This document shows positions 63,089 to 64,000 of a stretch of 64,000 nt of DNA, piece by piece. Within the stretch, counting starts at the first letter, position 1, and each line of letters begins with the position of its first letter. Source of the DNA: Camelus dromedarius (Eukaryota); contig NC_087437.1 of NCBI RefSeq assembly GCF_036321535.1, positions 28,336,001-28,400,000 on the forward strand, given 5' to 3'. Made by a program: the position numbers and the translations under genes. The notes beneath the pieces are model-generated. The model saw only the letters and a list, made by a program, of their open reading frames with translations. It did no database searches and was not told the origin of the DNA.

Positions 63089-63200
63089 TTCCTCCTTCCT
63101 TCCTTCCTTCCTTCCTTCCTTCCTTCCTTCCTTCCTTCCTTCCGTCCTTCCTTCCTCTCTCTTCTCTCCCTTCATCCCTCACTCTCTCTTCTTTCTTCTT
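63089..63200. repeat. (CCTT)n tetranucleotide repeat and adjoining pyrimidine tract
   Basis: Seen directly. Confidence 0.95.
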
Positions 63201-63423
63201 TCCATTCAGGAACATCATAATATTCATTTAAAATACAATTATGTTCATTTACTTCAGTTTGTTTTCAGTTTTAAGATTTTTTTCCCTTTGCATTCTTACT
63301 GCTTTAATTTTTTTTTTAATGATTTTTTTTTTAAGCCATAGAGATGAAATGCTACTGGGGTCATTTCTGTTAAACAAATCTGATACAACCTAATTCAAAT
63401 GTTATGATACAATTCAGAAATAC

Positions 63424-63616
63424 CTATTTGTGTTATTGGTTGGAACTTTATCTTTATATTTCAATTCTATGCAATCTACACTTAGTCTAAAGTCAGTTAT
63501 TCCCTTGGGTATTCCAAAAAGTGACAGTTTCAGATAAGAAAGTGGATATCTGTGCCAAGCTTATAAGTTTATTATTCCAGAGGCTTTTAAAAGTTAATTG
63601 TGCGTATATCATTACC
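63424..63616 (-). pseudogene. Candidate degenerate exon, the most 5' in the window
   Basis: Long pyrimidine tract then taag|. The 3' part reads YPLSYLKLSLFGIPKGITDFRLSVDCIELKYKDKVPTNNTN, with a phase-2 donor AG|gtattt that matches the phase-2 start at 61202. Confidence 0.3.
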
Positions 63617-63799
63617 CTTACCAAAAAAAATATTAGATAAGGAAAGTAAGATAAGAAGCAACTATGAATTTGTGTAGTCCATAAACACTGGAAAAAATTC
63701 TCACCCTTCTGTATAAGTGATTCAAAAATGTTCCTGCCCCAGCCCTCCCCCATATTCTACTTCAGCACTCATGACTATGAATACATCCTAATATTTGTG

Positions 63800-63930
63800 G
63801 TAGCAAGAGAAAGTATGTTGATGTCAAAAGATTCATTTTCAATTTCAATTCTGTCACTTACTGACTGGGGATCTTAGATAAGTTACTTGTCTTCCCTCTC
63901 CATGTTTCTGGTACCATACCTTTAAATTTT
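63800..63930 (+). mobile_element. MIR SINE remnant
   Basis: ttcaattctgtcactttactgactggggatcttagataagttactt. Confidence 0.65.
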
Positions 63931-64000
63931 AAAAAAATCCATACCTCCTTAACTTTCTGCCAACTTCTGGATTCATACCTCAAAATGAATATTAAACCTC

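Noticed and set aside
62750..63341. ORF cluster including PSFL/GRKE repeats
   Set aside because: Translation of L1 3' sequence and the (CCTT)n microsatellite.
30494..63616. Naming the fossil gene (IQCM, LRRIQ3 and C2CD6 were considered)
   Set aside because: Only fleeting local resemblance from memory and no extended match, so no gene symbol is assigned.
1..64000. CRISPR arrays, operons, rRNA or other prokaryotic systems
   Set aside because: The sequence is mammalian. I saw no regularly spaced repeat-spacer arrays, long ORFs or rRNA-like segments.

Overview
AT-rich, CpG-poor, repeat-laden mammalian genomic DNA. It is very probably camelid, because it carries two copies of a tRNA-derived SINE resembling the camelid Vic-1 family. 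I recognise no intact protein-coding gene. The six-frame ORFs are almost all chance ORFs or L1 fragments. The window holds the usual L1, L2, L3, MIR, MaLR/ERVL LTR and hAT fossils plus microsatellites. Three things go beyond this. (1) Between about 30.5 and 63.6 kb on the minus strand lies a chain of about 14 exon-shaped segments with AG/GT ends, mostly compatible phases, stops one transition away from Gln/Arg codons, a mutated donor, a duplicated exon and an L1 inserted into one exon. This looks like a decayed multi-exon gene of unknown identity, possibly with an IQ-like motif. It is a by-eye inference and needs homology testing. (2) There are clear retrotransposition footprints: a twin-primed inverted L1 with a TSD, a solitary poly(A) insertion with a TSD, and SINEs with TSDs. 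(3) Several non-repetitive CpG-retaining patches may be enhancers. Repeat family names come from remembered consensus resemblance, not from a search, and their boundaries are approximate.
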